Positions 13,882-27,647 of a DNA stretch of 64,000 bases are shown here, one piece after another; position 1 is the stretch's first letter, and every line of letters starts with the position of its first letter. Below the pieces are notes generated by a model that ran no database searches, was not told the DNA's origin, and worked only from the letters and a program-made list of their open reading frames with translations. Both the position numbers and the translations under genes were made by a program. The stretch comes from Octopus vulgaris (lineage: Eukaryota), in the NCBI GenBank assembly GCA_951406725.2, contig OX597838.1, forward strand, positions 8,184,001 to 8,248,000, written 5' to 3'.

Positions 13882-14202
13882 TACATACATACATACATAC
13901 ATACATTGTTGCATAGAGGCTTTGATCACATTAACGAGTATGATCTTCACTGATAAATGATCTTTTCCTAGAGGTTAAAACAATGGCTGTCAACAAGACT
14001 CGCGCTGAAATTTGAGTCAATGACAGCCAGGCACACCATCGCTAGGACACTCATCTATGAAGTTAGCTTTGGAATCTGGTAAGTTTTGCGCTCGGTCCCA
14101 CTGGATGACACTTTGGGGGATGTGTCTTCCACTTTAACCCCCAGGATGATCAATGCTTTAAGACTGAATTTGAGGAACGGAATGTGTATGCAAGCCCGTA
14201 CA

Positions 14203-14241
<39 letters not shown>

Positions 14242-14406
14242 AATGTATATGTCGCACTCTGTACTTAATATTTTACCAAGAGGAAGTCTTTTTAATGTTC
14301 AGTAATAGGAAAGAGGTATAAGAATGTTTCTAAACGTCTACGTTGTGCTAGAAATTGTCGATTAGGTTACGCTAGGATTTCACCCTCATTAGAATCAGCT
14401 GTTCAA

Positions 14407-14648
14407 AAATGTTGACAAGACACAAGCTGGGTGTATTTATATATATAGTTCAAATTTGCAGAAAACAAAAGATGAAGACAGGTGAAGGAAGGAACAACAA
14501 GCAGGTATGTTAATTCAACACTCGTGAAAAAAAGGGAAGTGTCTTTGACGTTTCGAGCCAACGCTCTTCGACAGAAGGGACTAAGATGAGAAAAAAAACG
14601 GAGAGAGAAAGAAATGTGCTGAGATTAACGGTTCAACATAAATATTCA
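14407..14648 (-). mobile_element. Hammerhead-bearing Penelope-like/retrozyme-like element, copy 1 of a direct duplication
   Basis: Near-identical to 15153-15386; homologous to 52556-52740 and 58481-58670. Confidence 0.7.
14541..14580 (-). ncRNA. Minimal type-I hammerhead ribozyme-like motif (core CUGUCGA)
   Basis: Minus strand: ccctt CTGTCGA a gagc-gttg-gctc GAAA cg TC aaag. Stem I is weak in this copy. Confidence 0.5.
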
Positions 14649-14766
14649 TATATATATATAAATATATATATATATACTGAACCCTAATTATATAACGTAA
14701 TGTTTTAAATATACCTTAATATACCTTAAATGGTCTTCTTACATACTGAACACTACTTGGCAAAAT

Positions 14767-14916
14767 TCTTTCAGTTTCCGTCTACCAAATCCACTCACAA
14801 GGCTTTGGTCGGTCCGAGGCTATAGCAGAAGACACTTGCCCAAGATGCCACGCAGTGGGACTGAACCCGGAACCATGTGGTTGGTAAGCAAGTTACTTAC
14901 CATACAGCCACTCCTA
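14767..14916 (-). mobile_element. SINE family C head
   Basis: ctttcagtttccgtctaccaaatccactcacaagg...gggactgaacccggaaccatgtggttggtaagc. Confidence 0.85.
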
Positions 14917-14957
14917 CACAATTTCTACATTATGTGTGTGTATTGTGTGTTGTGTGT

Positions 14958-15152
14958 GTGAAGGTACGTGGCCTATTGGTTAGGTTATTGAACTCACGAT
15001 CGATAAATCGAGGGTTCGATTCCTTGACTGGGCATTGCATTGTGATCGTGAGCAAATCACTTCATCTCACATTGATCCGGTCCCCGCTTTCGATCACGGG
15101 AGGGAGGATTGCTAGCCAGCGCGGTGACGTCATTCGATGCCTAAAACGATGC
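14958..15152 (+). mobile_element. Degenerate tRNA-derived SINE (family F-like head with a family A-type tail piece)
   Basis: gtggcctattggttagg...gggttcgattcc head; ctagccagcgcggtgacgtcattcgatgcctaaaacgatgc resembles the tail of 12905-13216. Confidence 0.55.
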
Positions 15153-15580
15153 AAATGTTGACAAGACACAAGATTTATATATATAGTTCAAATTTGCAGA
15201 AAACAAAAGATGAAGACAGGTGAAGGAAGGAACAACAAGCAGGTATGTTAATTCAACACTCGTGAAAAAAAGGGAAGAGTCTTTGACGTTTCGAGCCAAC
15301 GCTCTTCGACAGAAGGGACTAAGATGAGAAAAAAAACGGAGAGAGAAAGAAATGTGCTGAGATTAACGGTTCAACATAAATATTCAGAAGGAAGAGGTTG
15401 AATGGAAGGGGAAATACCAACATGACCATCCCCAAATACGACAATATATCTATAGTGTAAATTGGACATGGGCGATCGTTGTATTCTTTCTTGTCTTGAG
15501 GTTCACAGCCAAACGGCTGGGTGGATTCGCGTGAAAAATGGCACACATGTGGAGACGGGTGTATAAATTGGAATGCACTT
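15153..15580 (-). mobile_element. Hammerhead-bearing element, copy 2 (longer)
   Basis: 15153-15386 duplicates 14407-14648; ~190 bp of additional sequence runs to a (TA)n tract. Confidence 0.65.
15279..15318 (-). ncRNA. Minimal type-I hammerhead ribozyme-like motif (core CUGUCGA)
   Basis: Identical to 14541-14580. Confidence 0.5.
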
Positions 15581-15632
<52 letters not shown>

Positions 15633-15715
15633 TATACTTGTGTGTGTGTGTGTGTGAACTCACAGGTATTGTAATGACTGTAGACTATTGTATTCTTACA
15701 TAATGTCCAAGTAGG

Positions 15716-15940
15716 CCAAAGAAGAACAAGATTCGCTGGGTATTACTGGAGAGCGAAAGATAAGACCATCAGCGACCTCCTTTTCTGGGAACCGAAGCTT
15801 GGGTACACAAATGCTGTGAGACATCGACCCTACATACAACAACTGTGCGAGGTCTCTGAGTACACCCGTACAATGGCCGACGGAACAGACAAAAGAGAAC
15901 GGCCCAAGGCTATTCTTGCAATAAGCAAGACCGGATAACT
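15716..15940 (+). mobile_element. 3' end of an RTE/RTE-X-like LINE ORF (decayed)
   Basis: Translates QRRTRFAGYYWRAKDKTISDLLFWEPKLGYTNAVRHRPYIQQLCE..., matching the R.RFAGH..R....S..LLWEP..G....GRP...YI.QL C-terminus typical of RTE-clade elements. Confidence 0.7.
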
Positions 15941-16105
15941 GATGAGGCCAAAATTTGGGACGAAATATTTTAACGGATTTTTACCAGAATTCCGAAGGTA
16001 AAATATATATATATTGAAATTTACTTTTCACTTGTTGAAAAAAAACAAACGCCCTGAAGTTAATTATTAGCTGGCGTTAATTCTAATTATGTGTGTGTGT
16101 GTGTG

Positions 16106-16167
<62 letters not shown>

Positions 16168-16197
16168 CGTGTGTGTGATTATATTTGTCCCTATCAC

Positions 16198-16434
16198 CTA
16201 TTCCTTTACTACCCACAAGGGGCTAAACACAGAGAGGACAAACAAGGCCAGACAAACGGATTAAGTCGATAATATCGACCTCAGTGCGTAACTGGTACTT
16301 ATTTAATCGACCCCGAAAGGATGAAAGGCAAAGTCGACCTCTGCGGAATTTGAACTCGGAATTTGAACGTAGCGGCGGGCGAAATACCGCTAAGCATTTC
16401 GCCCGGCGTGCTAACGGCTCTGCCAGCTCGCCGC
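16198..16434 (-). mobile_element. SINE family B full copy with degenerate TSD
   Basis: Full head-core-tail; flanks atttgtccctatcacct / atttgcccctaacacct. Confidence 0.88.
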
Positions 16435-16779
16435 CTTTATTTGCCCCTAACACCTCTTAGCAACCGACGTTGGTTTGTTTAAGTTCTTTAAGGAAAATAG
16501 TCGACAAACGAGAACGAAAAAATAAATATGGGATCAACGAGAGAAGCATGTAAAAGATAAGGGATATGTGCCGGTGGCCTGAGACTATCGATAAACAAAA
16601 AAATGATGCCTCGAATGACGTTTGGTGGTGGGGTAGGTAATATTTCGTACCAAAATGCACAGCTCCACTATGAACAGAGTACCACCACCACCACCATACT
16701 ACCACTCATGCCACCATACGCTTCCCCACCATATTACTCCAACATCTATGCATCGCCACCGCAACGCAAGACTAATACC

Positions 16780-17330
16780 ATTACGGCAACACAAGACGGC
16801 TACCACCAGCTCTGCAACGCGAGACCACTACAACCACCACCAGCTTTGCAACATGAGACCACCACTGCCACCACCAGCTCTGCAACGTGAAGCCACTATG
16901 ACCACCACCAGTTCCGCAACGCGATGCCACCACCAACACCAGCTCCGCAACGCTAGACCACTACCAATATTACCACCACCCCTGCAACACAAGACGCCTA
17001 CCAGCAGCTCTGCAACGGAACTTTACTACCACCAACTCTGCAACGCGAGATGATTACCAACAGCTCTGCAACGCGAGGCCACCACCACCGCAATGCAAGA
17101 CCACCGCCACTACTACTACTACTACTACCACCACCACCATCACCACCACCACCACCACTGCAAAGTGAGATGATTACCACCAGCTCTGCAAAGTGAGACC
17201 ACTACCACCAGCTCCGCAACAAAAGACCATCACCACGGACTCCGCAACGCAAGACCAACTCTACCATCACCATCGCAACGCAAAATCACTACTACTACCA
17301 CTACACTACCACAACGAAAGACCACCACCA
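16780..17330. repeat. Degenerate ~30-36-bp minisatellite (accaccagctctgcaacgcgagaccact)
   Basis: Motif ctc(t/c)gcaacgc(g/a)aga recurs more than 10 times with (CCA)n spacers. Confidence 0.75.
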
Positions 17331-17429
17331 CCGCAAAGCAATACTAAACCATCGCCACACGCCACCATCTTCAACCCGTCCATGCTGCGCAATCCTCGCG
17401 AATATACAACACTGCCGCTATAATAACGA

Positions 17430-18527
17430 TGCACCAACGCCGCCTCCGCCGCCAAACATGGCCACCACAGTTATATACTCAACACCGCCACCGACAGCAA
17501 CAACAACATTGTTATACATCACCGCTACTAACACCACCACACTCCACCACTACACACTAGTGCCAACACCTCCATCAGTGCCGCCGCCGTCGTCGTCGCC
17601 TCTACCATCATCACCACTGCGGCGGCCCTGCCATCACCACCGCCCCCGTCGCATCTACCATCACCAGCACTGCCACCACCGCCTCTGCCATCACCAGCAC
17701 CGTCGTCGCCGCCGCCTCTGACATCACAACCACCGCCCGCCGGCGCCGCTACCATCACCATCACCGCTTCCGACACCTCTACTATCACCACCACAAGTGC
17801 CGCCGCCTCTACCATCACCAGCACCACCACCACCACCGTCGCCTCTATCATCACCACCACCACAACCGCCACTGCCGTTACAGCCACCAACCGCTCCTAA
17901 CACCATCGCTATCACCATAACGACCATTACCGACATCACCACCATCACCACCACTACTACCACCGCCGCCCCCCACCGCCATCGCATCTCCCCCACCATC
18001 CTCCAGCCCAGTAATTACTGTAAGTGCTGCTGCTGTGTTTATTAAATTAAGTCTCTGACATCTTGGACTCTGGTCACACTCAACTGGCGACATTGCAGTG
18101 GTGGTGGTGGCGGTGGTAGCGGTGGTGGCGGTGGTGGCGGTGGTGGCTTGGCGGTGAGGTGCGGTAGTGTTCTCCATGGCGGTGGGGGGGGGCGGTGTTG
18201 TTGGTGGTGTAATGGCAATAGCAGAAGCGCTGTGATGGCGAGGGGGGGGGGGCGGGCTGTCGTAGTAGTTGTAGTTGTGGTGGTCGTGGTGGGGAGTAGC
18301 GGTGATAGTGAAATAGAGGTAGCACAGGTAACAGTGGTATGGAGCCATTGTAGTGGTTGTGGTTCTGGAGTTAGTAAGCCGTGGCTGTCGTGTCAGTAGA
18401 AGTGTTGCAGCCACGGAGGTAGTACAAGTGAGTGTGTTGTGATGGTGTGGTAATCAGGATAGTTGTGGTGGTTGTCGTGGTAGCAGTAGTAGTTGTAGTG
18501 ACGTATTAGTGATGGTGGAGCGCGTTT

Positions 18528-18581
<54 letters not shown>

Positions 18582-18800
18582 TAGTGGTGGTGGTGGTGGT
18601 GGTGGTGGTGGTGGTGGTGGTAGTAGCAAAAGTGTGGTGTCGTTTTTATTGTTTTGGTTATAGTGGAGACAGTGGTGCCACTATGGAGGTAAAGTCGGTG
18701 GCCTAGTGTATTGTGGTGGTGCGAGTTAGGTGATGGTAAACTGGTTGTAGTACTCGTGGTAGTTTTGTGGTCTGGTAGTGGTTTATGTGGTAGTGCTGTG
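17430..18800. repeat. Low-complexity (CCA/CCG)n block followed by (GGT/AGT)n block
   Basis: Strand composition switches at about 18050. Confidence 0.85.
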
Positions 18801-18846
18801 GGACGATGATAGTCGTATGTGAGGCATGGTTGTTATTACTATTATT

Positions 18847-18948
18847 GGGAGAATTGGTAGCACACCGGGCGAAATGCTTAGTGGTATTTCGTCTGTCGCT
18901 ACGTTGTGAGTTCAAATTCCGCCAAGGTCGACTTTGCCTTTTATCCTG
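18847..18948 (+). mobile_element. SINE family B 5' part fused to family D
   Basis: gcacaccgggcgaaatgcttag...gagttcaaattccgccaaggtcgactttgccttttatcc. Confidence 0.8.
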
Positions 18949-18955
18949 GATACAC

Positions 18956-19442
18956 ATATACGAAGCCCAGTATAAACATCACGACTACCCATCTGATAAG
19001 GGTACACCAGGCACATGCATCACAAGCATATGTGTGAGACAAGGTGATCTCATACCAAGATAAACAGCGCATAACCTTGCAGGTGGAGCCCAGTTAGAAT
19101 TTTCTTCTGGTCGAGTAGCTCATCCCGTTCAAAAGTTGCCTGAATAAGGGTTGTTTAAGGATGTTGAACGAAACACCCATGTTTCTAGAGGTGAATTATT
19201 CAAATTCCAAAGAATCCCTCTCAACACATGGCTATGATGCTCCCCCACTACTTCTGCTTGTCATCAGAGATGCACATATCGTCAGCCACTAAGGGACATG
19301 CTCAACCGGTTAAGGTCAAACAACTGACAAGCAAATCTGTGGTATTGAGCAGAATATTTGCTGTAGCCCATCTTTTATACCATGACAGAACAATATACAT
19401 GATAACACTTCCGATCAGTTGAGATGAGAAGCCATGAGAGCC

Positions 19443-19443
<1 letters not shown>
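18956..19443. mobile_element. Family D repeat, second copy
   Basis: Colinear with 6885-7321; carries extra segments (e.g. agaatccctctcaacacatggctatgatgctccccc) absent from copy 1; ends in (TAG)n. Confidence 0.8.
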
Positions 19444-19506
<63 letters not shown>

Positions 19507-19515
19507 TAGCATCAA

Positions 19516-19744
19516 AGGAGCTAGCAGAGTCGTTAAGCACGCTGGACGAAAGGCTTAGCGGTATTTCGTCTGCCGCAACGTTCTGGGTTCAAATTCCGCC
19601 GAGGTCGACTTTGCCTTTTATCCTTTCGGGGTCGATTAAATAAGTACCAGTTACGCACTGGGGTCGATGTAATCGGCTTAATCCATTTGTCTGTCCTTAT
19701 TTGTCCCCTCTGCGTTTAGCCCCTTGTGGGTAGTAGAGAAATAG
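19516..19744 (+). mobile_element. SINE family B full copy
   Basis: Head, core and tail ttagccccttgtgggtagtagagaaatagg. Confidence 0.88.
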
Positions 19745-19978
19745 GTCTAGGGCTTAGGGGCGGGAGAACCCAGACCTTGGAAAAAAAAATACTTTGGTAG
19801 TCTTGTTGTAGTCAAGGGCTCTTCGTTGACGCCCGACACCACTGGGAGGTGGCTCTCGAAGTCGCTGGAAATGGAGATCTCCGGGTCCAAATTCTTGAAT
19901 GGTTGCTGTTGCTGTTGTTAGTGTCGTTGTTGTTTAAAACGAGACATTCAGATTTATTATTATCATTATTATCATCAC

Positions 19979-20186
19979 TGAGCTGGCAGAGATGTTAGCA
20001 CACTGGATGAAATGCTTAGCGGAATTTCGCCCGATACTACGTTTCTGAGTTCAAATCCCACTGAATTCAAATTACCTTTCATTCTTTCGGGGTCGATGAA
20101 TTAAGTACCAGTGATCCACTGGAGGTTGATGTAATCGACTTATCCCCTCCACCAAAATTATGCCCTTGTGGCAAAATTTGAAACCA
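19979..20186 (+). mobile_element. SINE family B, older subfamily with alternative tail
   Basis: Same head and core; tail tcccctccaccaaaattatgcccttgtggcaaaatttgaaacc. Confidence 0.8.
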
Positions 20187-20200
20187 TTATCATTATTATT

Positions 20201-20375
20201 ATTCTATGTTTGACTTTTGCTTTACGTTTGTACAAGTTGGCTCCAAGTCTCACCCAGAGACCTCAAGAGACAACAAGTTGGAAGTTCGTGTTGGTGTTAT
20301 GCCTAGGGTGCCATGTATTTGGTTTTGTTCTTAATGTTGTACTAGTGAATGCCTAAAAAACCATACGAAAATTAT
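20201..20375 (-). mobile_element. Probable 3' UTR fragment of a non-LTR retroelement inserted in (TAA)n
   Basis: Unique 175-bp island flanked on both sides by (TTA)n; on the minus strand it ends ...gtcaaacatagaataataat. Confidence 0.35.
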
Positions 20376-20379
20376 GTTT

Positions 20380-20492
<113 letters not shown>

Positions 20493-20714
20493 ATTTCAGT
20501 ACCAGTTACGCACTTGGGTCGATGTAATCGACTTAACCACCTCCCCCAAAATTTCAGGCCTTGTGCCTATAGTAGAAAAAAATTATTGTTATTATTATTA
20601 TTGTTATTATTATTATCATTATTGTTATTATTATTATTATTATTATTATTGTTATTATTATTATCATTATTGTTATTATTATTATTATTATTATTATTGT
20701 TATTATTATTATTA

Positions 20715-20799
<85 letters not shown>

Positions 20800-21006
20800 T
20801 ATATGTTTTCTTTCTCAAATAACAGAACTACGCGGCATAAATAATGGTCTAAAACAATCTAGAAGATTTTTTTTCTTTCTTTAATATTTCTCTAATATGA
20901 TTGTATCCATTGTGCCTGGGGCCGTTTAATACAGAATCATTAACGGAATTACAGAACTGTAGTCGTTACTGCTGCTGCTGCCGCTGCCGCTGCTGCTGTT
21001 TTTGTT

Positions 21007-21039
<33 letters not shown>

Positions 21040-21534
21040 GCTTTGCCGTCATTTCACGCGCCACAACCTTAGTGTTAATGACTCTTTGTATGTTGTATTT
21101 CTACGCGTTATCATCATCATTATTATTATCATTATTATTATCATTATTATTATTATTATTATTATCATTATTATTATTATTATTATTATTATTGGTCTTA
21201 TTTATATTATTGCATTACAAGTGTTGTTGTTGTTGTAGTTGTTGCTATTTTTTCTACAATTACAATTTGATATGAGCAGATAACGATGACAATGTAAACG
21301 AAAAATTGAAAATTAATATTAAAAAAAAAAGGAAAAGAAATTTAGAAAAGACCAGAAAAATAAATAATAATAAAAATAATAATAATAATAATAAATATAA
21401 AAATAAAATATGACAGAGAAACGAGAAAACTTTCGTCAGAATCAACTGTCAACAAAAATATCCTTCCTGCTGGGTGTTACAAGATGGGTAGGGGAGAGAT
21501 GGGGGGTTGATAGGTGGTTTGGAGGGGGGAATGG

Positions 21535-22090
21535 AAGGGAAGAAGGGGAAGAAGGAGAAGGTGGAAAGAGGGACGAGGCAGAAGAGGAGGGGGAAGGGGA
21601 AGGAAGAAGAAGAAGACGAGGAGGAGGACGAAGAAGGCGAGGAGGAGTTAGAAGAAGAAGATGAAGAAGAAGAAGAAGAAGAGGAGGAGGAGTAGTTAGA
21701 AGAAGAAGAAGAAGAAGAAGAAGATGAAGAAGAAAAAAGATGTGGAAGAAGGAGAAGAAAGAAGAAGTGGAAGAAGGAGAAGAAAGAAGAAGTGGAAGAA
21801 GGAGAAGAAGAAGAATGGAAGAAGAAGAAGAAGAAGAGGAGGAGGAGGAGGAGGAGGAAGAAGAAGAAGAAGAAGGAGAAGGAAGAGGAGGAGGAGAAGA
21901 AGAAGTAAAGGAAGAGGAGGAAGACGAGATAGAGGAGGAAGACGAAGGGGAGGAATAGAAGACGGAGAAGAGGAAGATAAGGAGACGGGATAGAAGGAGG
22001 AGAAGAGGAGAAGAAGAAAAAGAAGTGGAAGAAGATTATGGCGAAGAAGAAAATCAAAAGAAAAAAACAGAGAAGGAGGAGGAAGAGGAG
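21535..22090. repeat. Polypurine (GAA/GAG)n low-complexity tract
   Basis: Directly visible. Confidence 0.95.
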
Positions 22091-22240
22091 TTTGTCTCTT
22101 AAAAAAAGGTTTTATCGAAGTTTTCAAAAGTCTCCAGATATGAAACGGAACCACCGAAATATGTGGAAGTGTCGTTGAAGAATTTGTTGTTGAAGAATAT
22201 GGTAGGGTGGCGAACACTCTTACTTATGAAATATATATCT

Positions 22241-22976
<736 letters not shown>

Positions 22977-23067
22977 ACTGCAAAATTTTGGGTGAGGTAT
23001 AAAAACAGAGCGAGACTGCGAGTAAGAGGTGTCAATCAGTAAGCTGTGCGAAATATTTTGCAAGCAT

Positions 23068-23283
<216 letters not shown>

Positions 23284-23404
23284 ATACCAGAGTAAGCACA
23301 TAAATGTGAAACAAGGTGGAAAAAAATAGTACTCGAATACCGGAGGTAGAGTAATATGCTTTATTAATAAAGTTGAAAAGACATCACAAAACCACTAATA
23401 ACTG

Positions 23405-24020
23405 TTTCTAATTTAGTCAAGGCCCAGCAATGTTGATGGGAAGGGGGTTTGGTCGAAACCATCAGCTAACCTCCTACTTTATATTATCGACCCCGGATTT
23501 ATGCAAGAGAAATAGAGCTCGGCAGGATTCGATATCAAAAATTGAAGATGATATTTTTCCCGACGATGTTCTCCCGATTCGGTCTACCCAACACCCTTAG
23601 AAATGGTGTCAAAATTTGGCACAAGACCAGAATAATTTAAAGTGTGGAATCTAAGTCGATACCCACAATTTCGTTGATAGTTCATTTTATCAACCCCGAA
23701 AGTTTAAAAGGCAGAGGTGGGTTTCGGCGTTATTCGAACTCAGGACGTAAAGTCCTCTTTTCTCTTCGACGATGCCCTATCATTTTGGTCAATCCGCCAC
23801 CCTTAAATAATGGCTCCAATTTTGGAACAAAATTTAAGGGATAGCTCTAAGTCGATATCATGGACCCAGTATCCGCCTGCAGTTTAATTAATTGACACCG
23901 GAAGTTTAAAAGGCATGGTTAGGCCTCGGCGGTATTTGAACTCAAAACGAAAAGAACCGGAAGAAATCCCATTAAGTATTTCTCCCAACGCTCCATCGAT
24001 TCTTCCAACCCATCGCCCTC
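23405..24020 (-). mobile_element. Old head-to-tail array of three degenerate SINE family B units (~200 bp each)
   Basis: Each unit has remnants of tcgaccccg(g)aa...aaaggc...ctcggcgg..tt(t/c)gaactca. Confidence 0.6.
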
Positions 24021-24330
24021 TTCCAAGCATCGAATGATTAAAGTTAATTTATTAATTGCCAATACACACTTTCCAATATACCAGGTTCCCGGTCGTGAGA
24101 AATCAATATAATGTGCTATTGAGGTGTGTTCAATGTTATATTTGGCTTTTCTATTTTTGTTTATTTATTTATTCGGTCTTGCTTAATTAAAGTTAATTAA
24201 ACAATGTTTGCAGAATATTTATTCACAGACACATCTCATCATCTCATTACAGATTAACAACTCTATAGTACTGGCCCGACGACATACATACATACATACA
24301 CACACATGCACACAGACACACAAACACACA

Positions 24331-25275
24331 TATTAGGTCATTCCGTAAATAATGCGGTTTTTTCAAATGCATTAACTAAAAGTCGGAGAGGGGCAGGATA
24401 AACTACCTGCATCAACTTACTGTAAAAGCAGGTAGTAATTTTATCTTGTTCTTATTCTTAGTCCAAGTTTTGAAGAGTGCAGTTCGATTTTAACAGTTAT
24501 TTTTTTCAAAACTATAACGGAAGGGACAAAAAAGCATATGCGGCATATTTTGTTTAATGAGTTCAATAAAGGCAACAACGCAACGGAAAATGCGAGGAAT
24601 ATTAATGCAGTATATGGGGATCGCACAATAAGTGTAAGCCAGTGTCAACGGTGGTTCTAAAAATTCTGAGCCAGAAACTACAGCTTAGAAGACAAGCCTC
24701 ATCCTGGAAGATCTGTAGAACTTGAAGAGGACATCCTACAAACCCTGGTGGAACAACCCCCTTGTAACTTTTAAGGAACTTTTAAGGATTATCTATAAAA
24801 ATGTTAAGTGCCAAAGAGTGGGGAAAGGAGAAACATCAGCAACACCCGGCTAAAGAAAGTATGTTCACCCATATAAGGTGTTGTAATCTGTTTGGTGGGG
24901 TATGAAAGGTTTAGTCCACTTTGAACTTTTAAACCCAAACCAAACAATAACAAAGGAGATCTACTGTGATCAACTTGAGCGTCTTAAGTCAACGCTAGGA
25001 GAAAAATGAACATCTTTGGTTTCATCACGAAAGGTGTTCTTCCACCAGGATAATGCCCGGCCATATAGAGAAAGGATGACATTCCAAAGGCTGGAGCAGT
25101 TTGAATGGGAAACGATGCCCCACCCACCATTTTCGCCGGACATTGCTCCATCTGATTATCATTCATTCCACAGTCTTCAAAACCATTTGCACGGAAAAAA
25201 TACGAATTCTGTAGACATCAGAACAGTAGTGGGGGAGTATTTTTCGTTACGGACAAGTGAATTTTTGAAGAGCAT
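24331..25275 (+). mobile_element. Decayed mariner (Tc1/mariner, DD34D) transposon, internally deleted, 3' end missing
   Basis: TA plus TIR-like ttaggtcattccgtaaataatgcggtttttt at 24331, followed by transposase remnants. Confidence 0.92.
24517..25275 (+). pseudogene. Mariner transposase pseudogene
   Basis: (ACG)EGTKKHMRHILFNEFNKGNNATENARNINAVYGDRTISVSQCQRWF*KF*ARNYSLEDKPHPGR ... SVWWGMKGLVHFELL ... FHQDNARP-...-HPPFSPDIAPSDY, with exactly 34 residues between the 2nd and 3rd Asp. It has stop codons, and the WVPHEL/first-Asp region is deleted. Confidence 0.92.
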
Positions 25276-25412
25276 TGTAGAAAGCTCATATCAGCGTTCC
25301 TATCAGCGAGGTGGGGCGGTGCGCATTGATGCCGTCGAGATGTAGGCCTCGAAACGGCGTGCATTCTCTCCTGATGACCCCATACAGAGCTTTCAACTGA
25401 TAGCACTATATA

Positions 25413-25457
<45 letters not shown>

Positions 25458-25594
25458 AATCAGCCGAAATTGCGAGGATGATCCGGTTCTTGACTAAAGA
25501 TTGAAGGCTTCGAAGGTCACGTCCGTGTTTTTTGTATCGTCTTCAAAATGTTTTGCGTTCTTGTCCCAGTTTGCATTTTTTATACATACATACA

Positions 25595-25628
<34 letters not shown>

Positions 25629-25770
25629 CATACATATATATATATATGTATGTATATAGTTGTGTGTGTGTGTGTGTGCATATACATAGGAGAGAGAGAG
25701 ATACTTAGATGAATAGCTAAAGAGATCGGCAATAAATACATAAATACCTAAGTAGAAAGACAGTAGCTAA

Positions 25771-25804
<34 letters not shown>

Positions 25805-25825
25805 TGATTGATTGATAGATAGATT

Positions 25826-25920
<95 letters not shown>

Positions 25921-25941
25921 TGATTGATTGATAGATAGATT

Positions 25942-26035
<94 letters not shown>
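25771..26035. repeat. (GATA)n microsatellite
   Basis: Directly visible. Confidence 0.97.
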
Positions 26036-26037
<2 letters not shown>

Positions 26038-26406
26038 TAGTAAAAAGAACAAATTAATAATTGCTTTTATAATGTAAGAATAGACATTATTGTAAAATAA
26101 TTTACATTATCATTGAACAATTAGAAAAAATTGATAATGATAATAGAGAGACCGACATCTTATTAATGGCACACACACACAAACACACACACACACACAC
26201 ATACACAAACGTAGAATATCATAACTGTGTGTGTGTATGTACATATATATATATACACACATATATGTGACCACATATTCATAAATACAGGCACGCATAC
26301 ACAATTCACACACCACACACACTTATATATACACATCTACATGCATACATATATATATATATATACATATATTCACATACACATATATACACATCTACAT
26401 GCATAC

Positions 26407-26437
<31 letters not shown>

Positions 26438-26469
26438 TTCACATACACATATATATACACATCTACATG

Positions 26470-26527
<58 letters not shown>

Positions 26528-26829
26528 TTCACATACACATATATATACATACACTCATGCATATATGCATATATATAAAAATATATACATACATGCGCAC
26601 ATACAGACATACATACGTAGAGGCACTCAAAGTGATGTGTATTTAATTATAAGAAAGTTAAGGGGATTACAGCCAAGTCTGTCAGTTAAGAGCTAAATTT
26701 AATGCAGTGTGTACACACTTTTGTATTACAGGAAATTGTGCATATACGCATAGTCCAAAGTGTTCCTATACATCTATACGCATATACATAGCCACGGTAG
26801 AAGGCCTGTACAGGTGTGAGTATATGTGA

Positions 26830-26867
<38 letters not shown>

Positions 26868-27107
26868 TACATTTAAAATGTCTGATCGTCGTTAGGTTTC
26901 ACTTAATACATCTGTGCACACGTGCCCGCACATACACACACAAACACACACACACACATATAAATATATATTCGCACAGACATACATATGTTTGTATATA
27001 TATGGGTGTATATGCTTGAATATATATGTATGCATTTAATTATTCGCGAATTGTTAATAATTAAGTGCAAAGTAGGGCTCTTAATAGACGCACACCTACA
27101 CGTGTGC

Positions 27108-27168
<61 letters not shown>

Positions 27169-27298
27169 AATACACGAATTTATACTTATATATATATATA
27201 TTGACACGTGTATGTATGTGTATATATGTATATATATATATACATACATAAATACACGAATTTATACTTATATATATATTGACACGTGTATGTAAGTG

Positions 27299-27332
<34 letters not shown>

Positions 27333-27551
27333 CATTTATGTTCGTATATATTGACACATACATTTACATGTGTGTATACATATTTATATATATTCATATA
27401 TATATATGTATATATATATGCACACACACACACACATATATATATATATGCATATAGTATGCCTACGCTTGTATATGTATTTGTATGCTACACTTAATGC
27501 ATTTAATAATATATATGTTTCTGTGTATGCACGTGTATGTGTATATTTAGT

Positions 27552-27647
<96 letters not shown>

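Noticed and set aside
25325-25385. Hammerhead-like pieces (cgaaacggc ... ctgatga)
   Set aside because: The order would need type II topology, but stems I and II cannot be paired.
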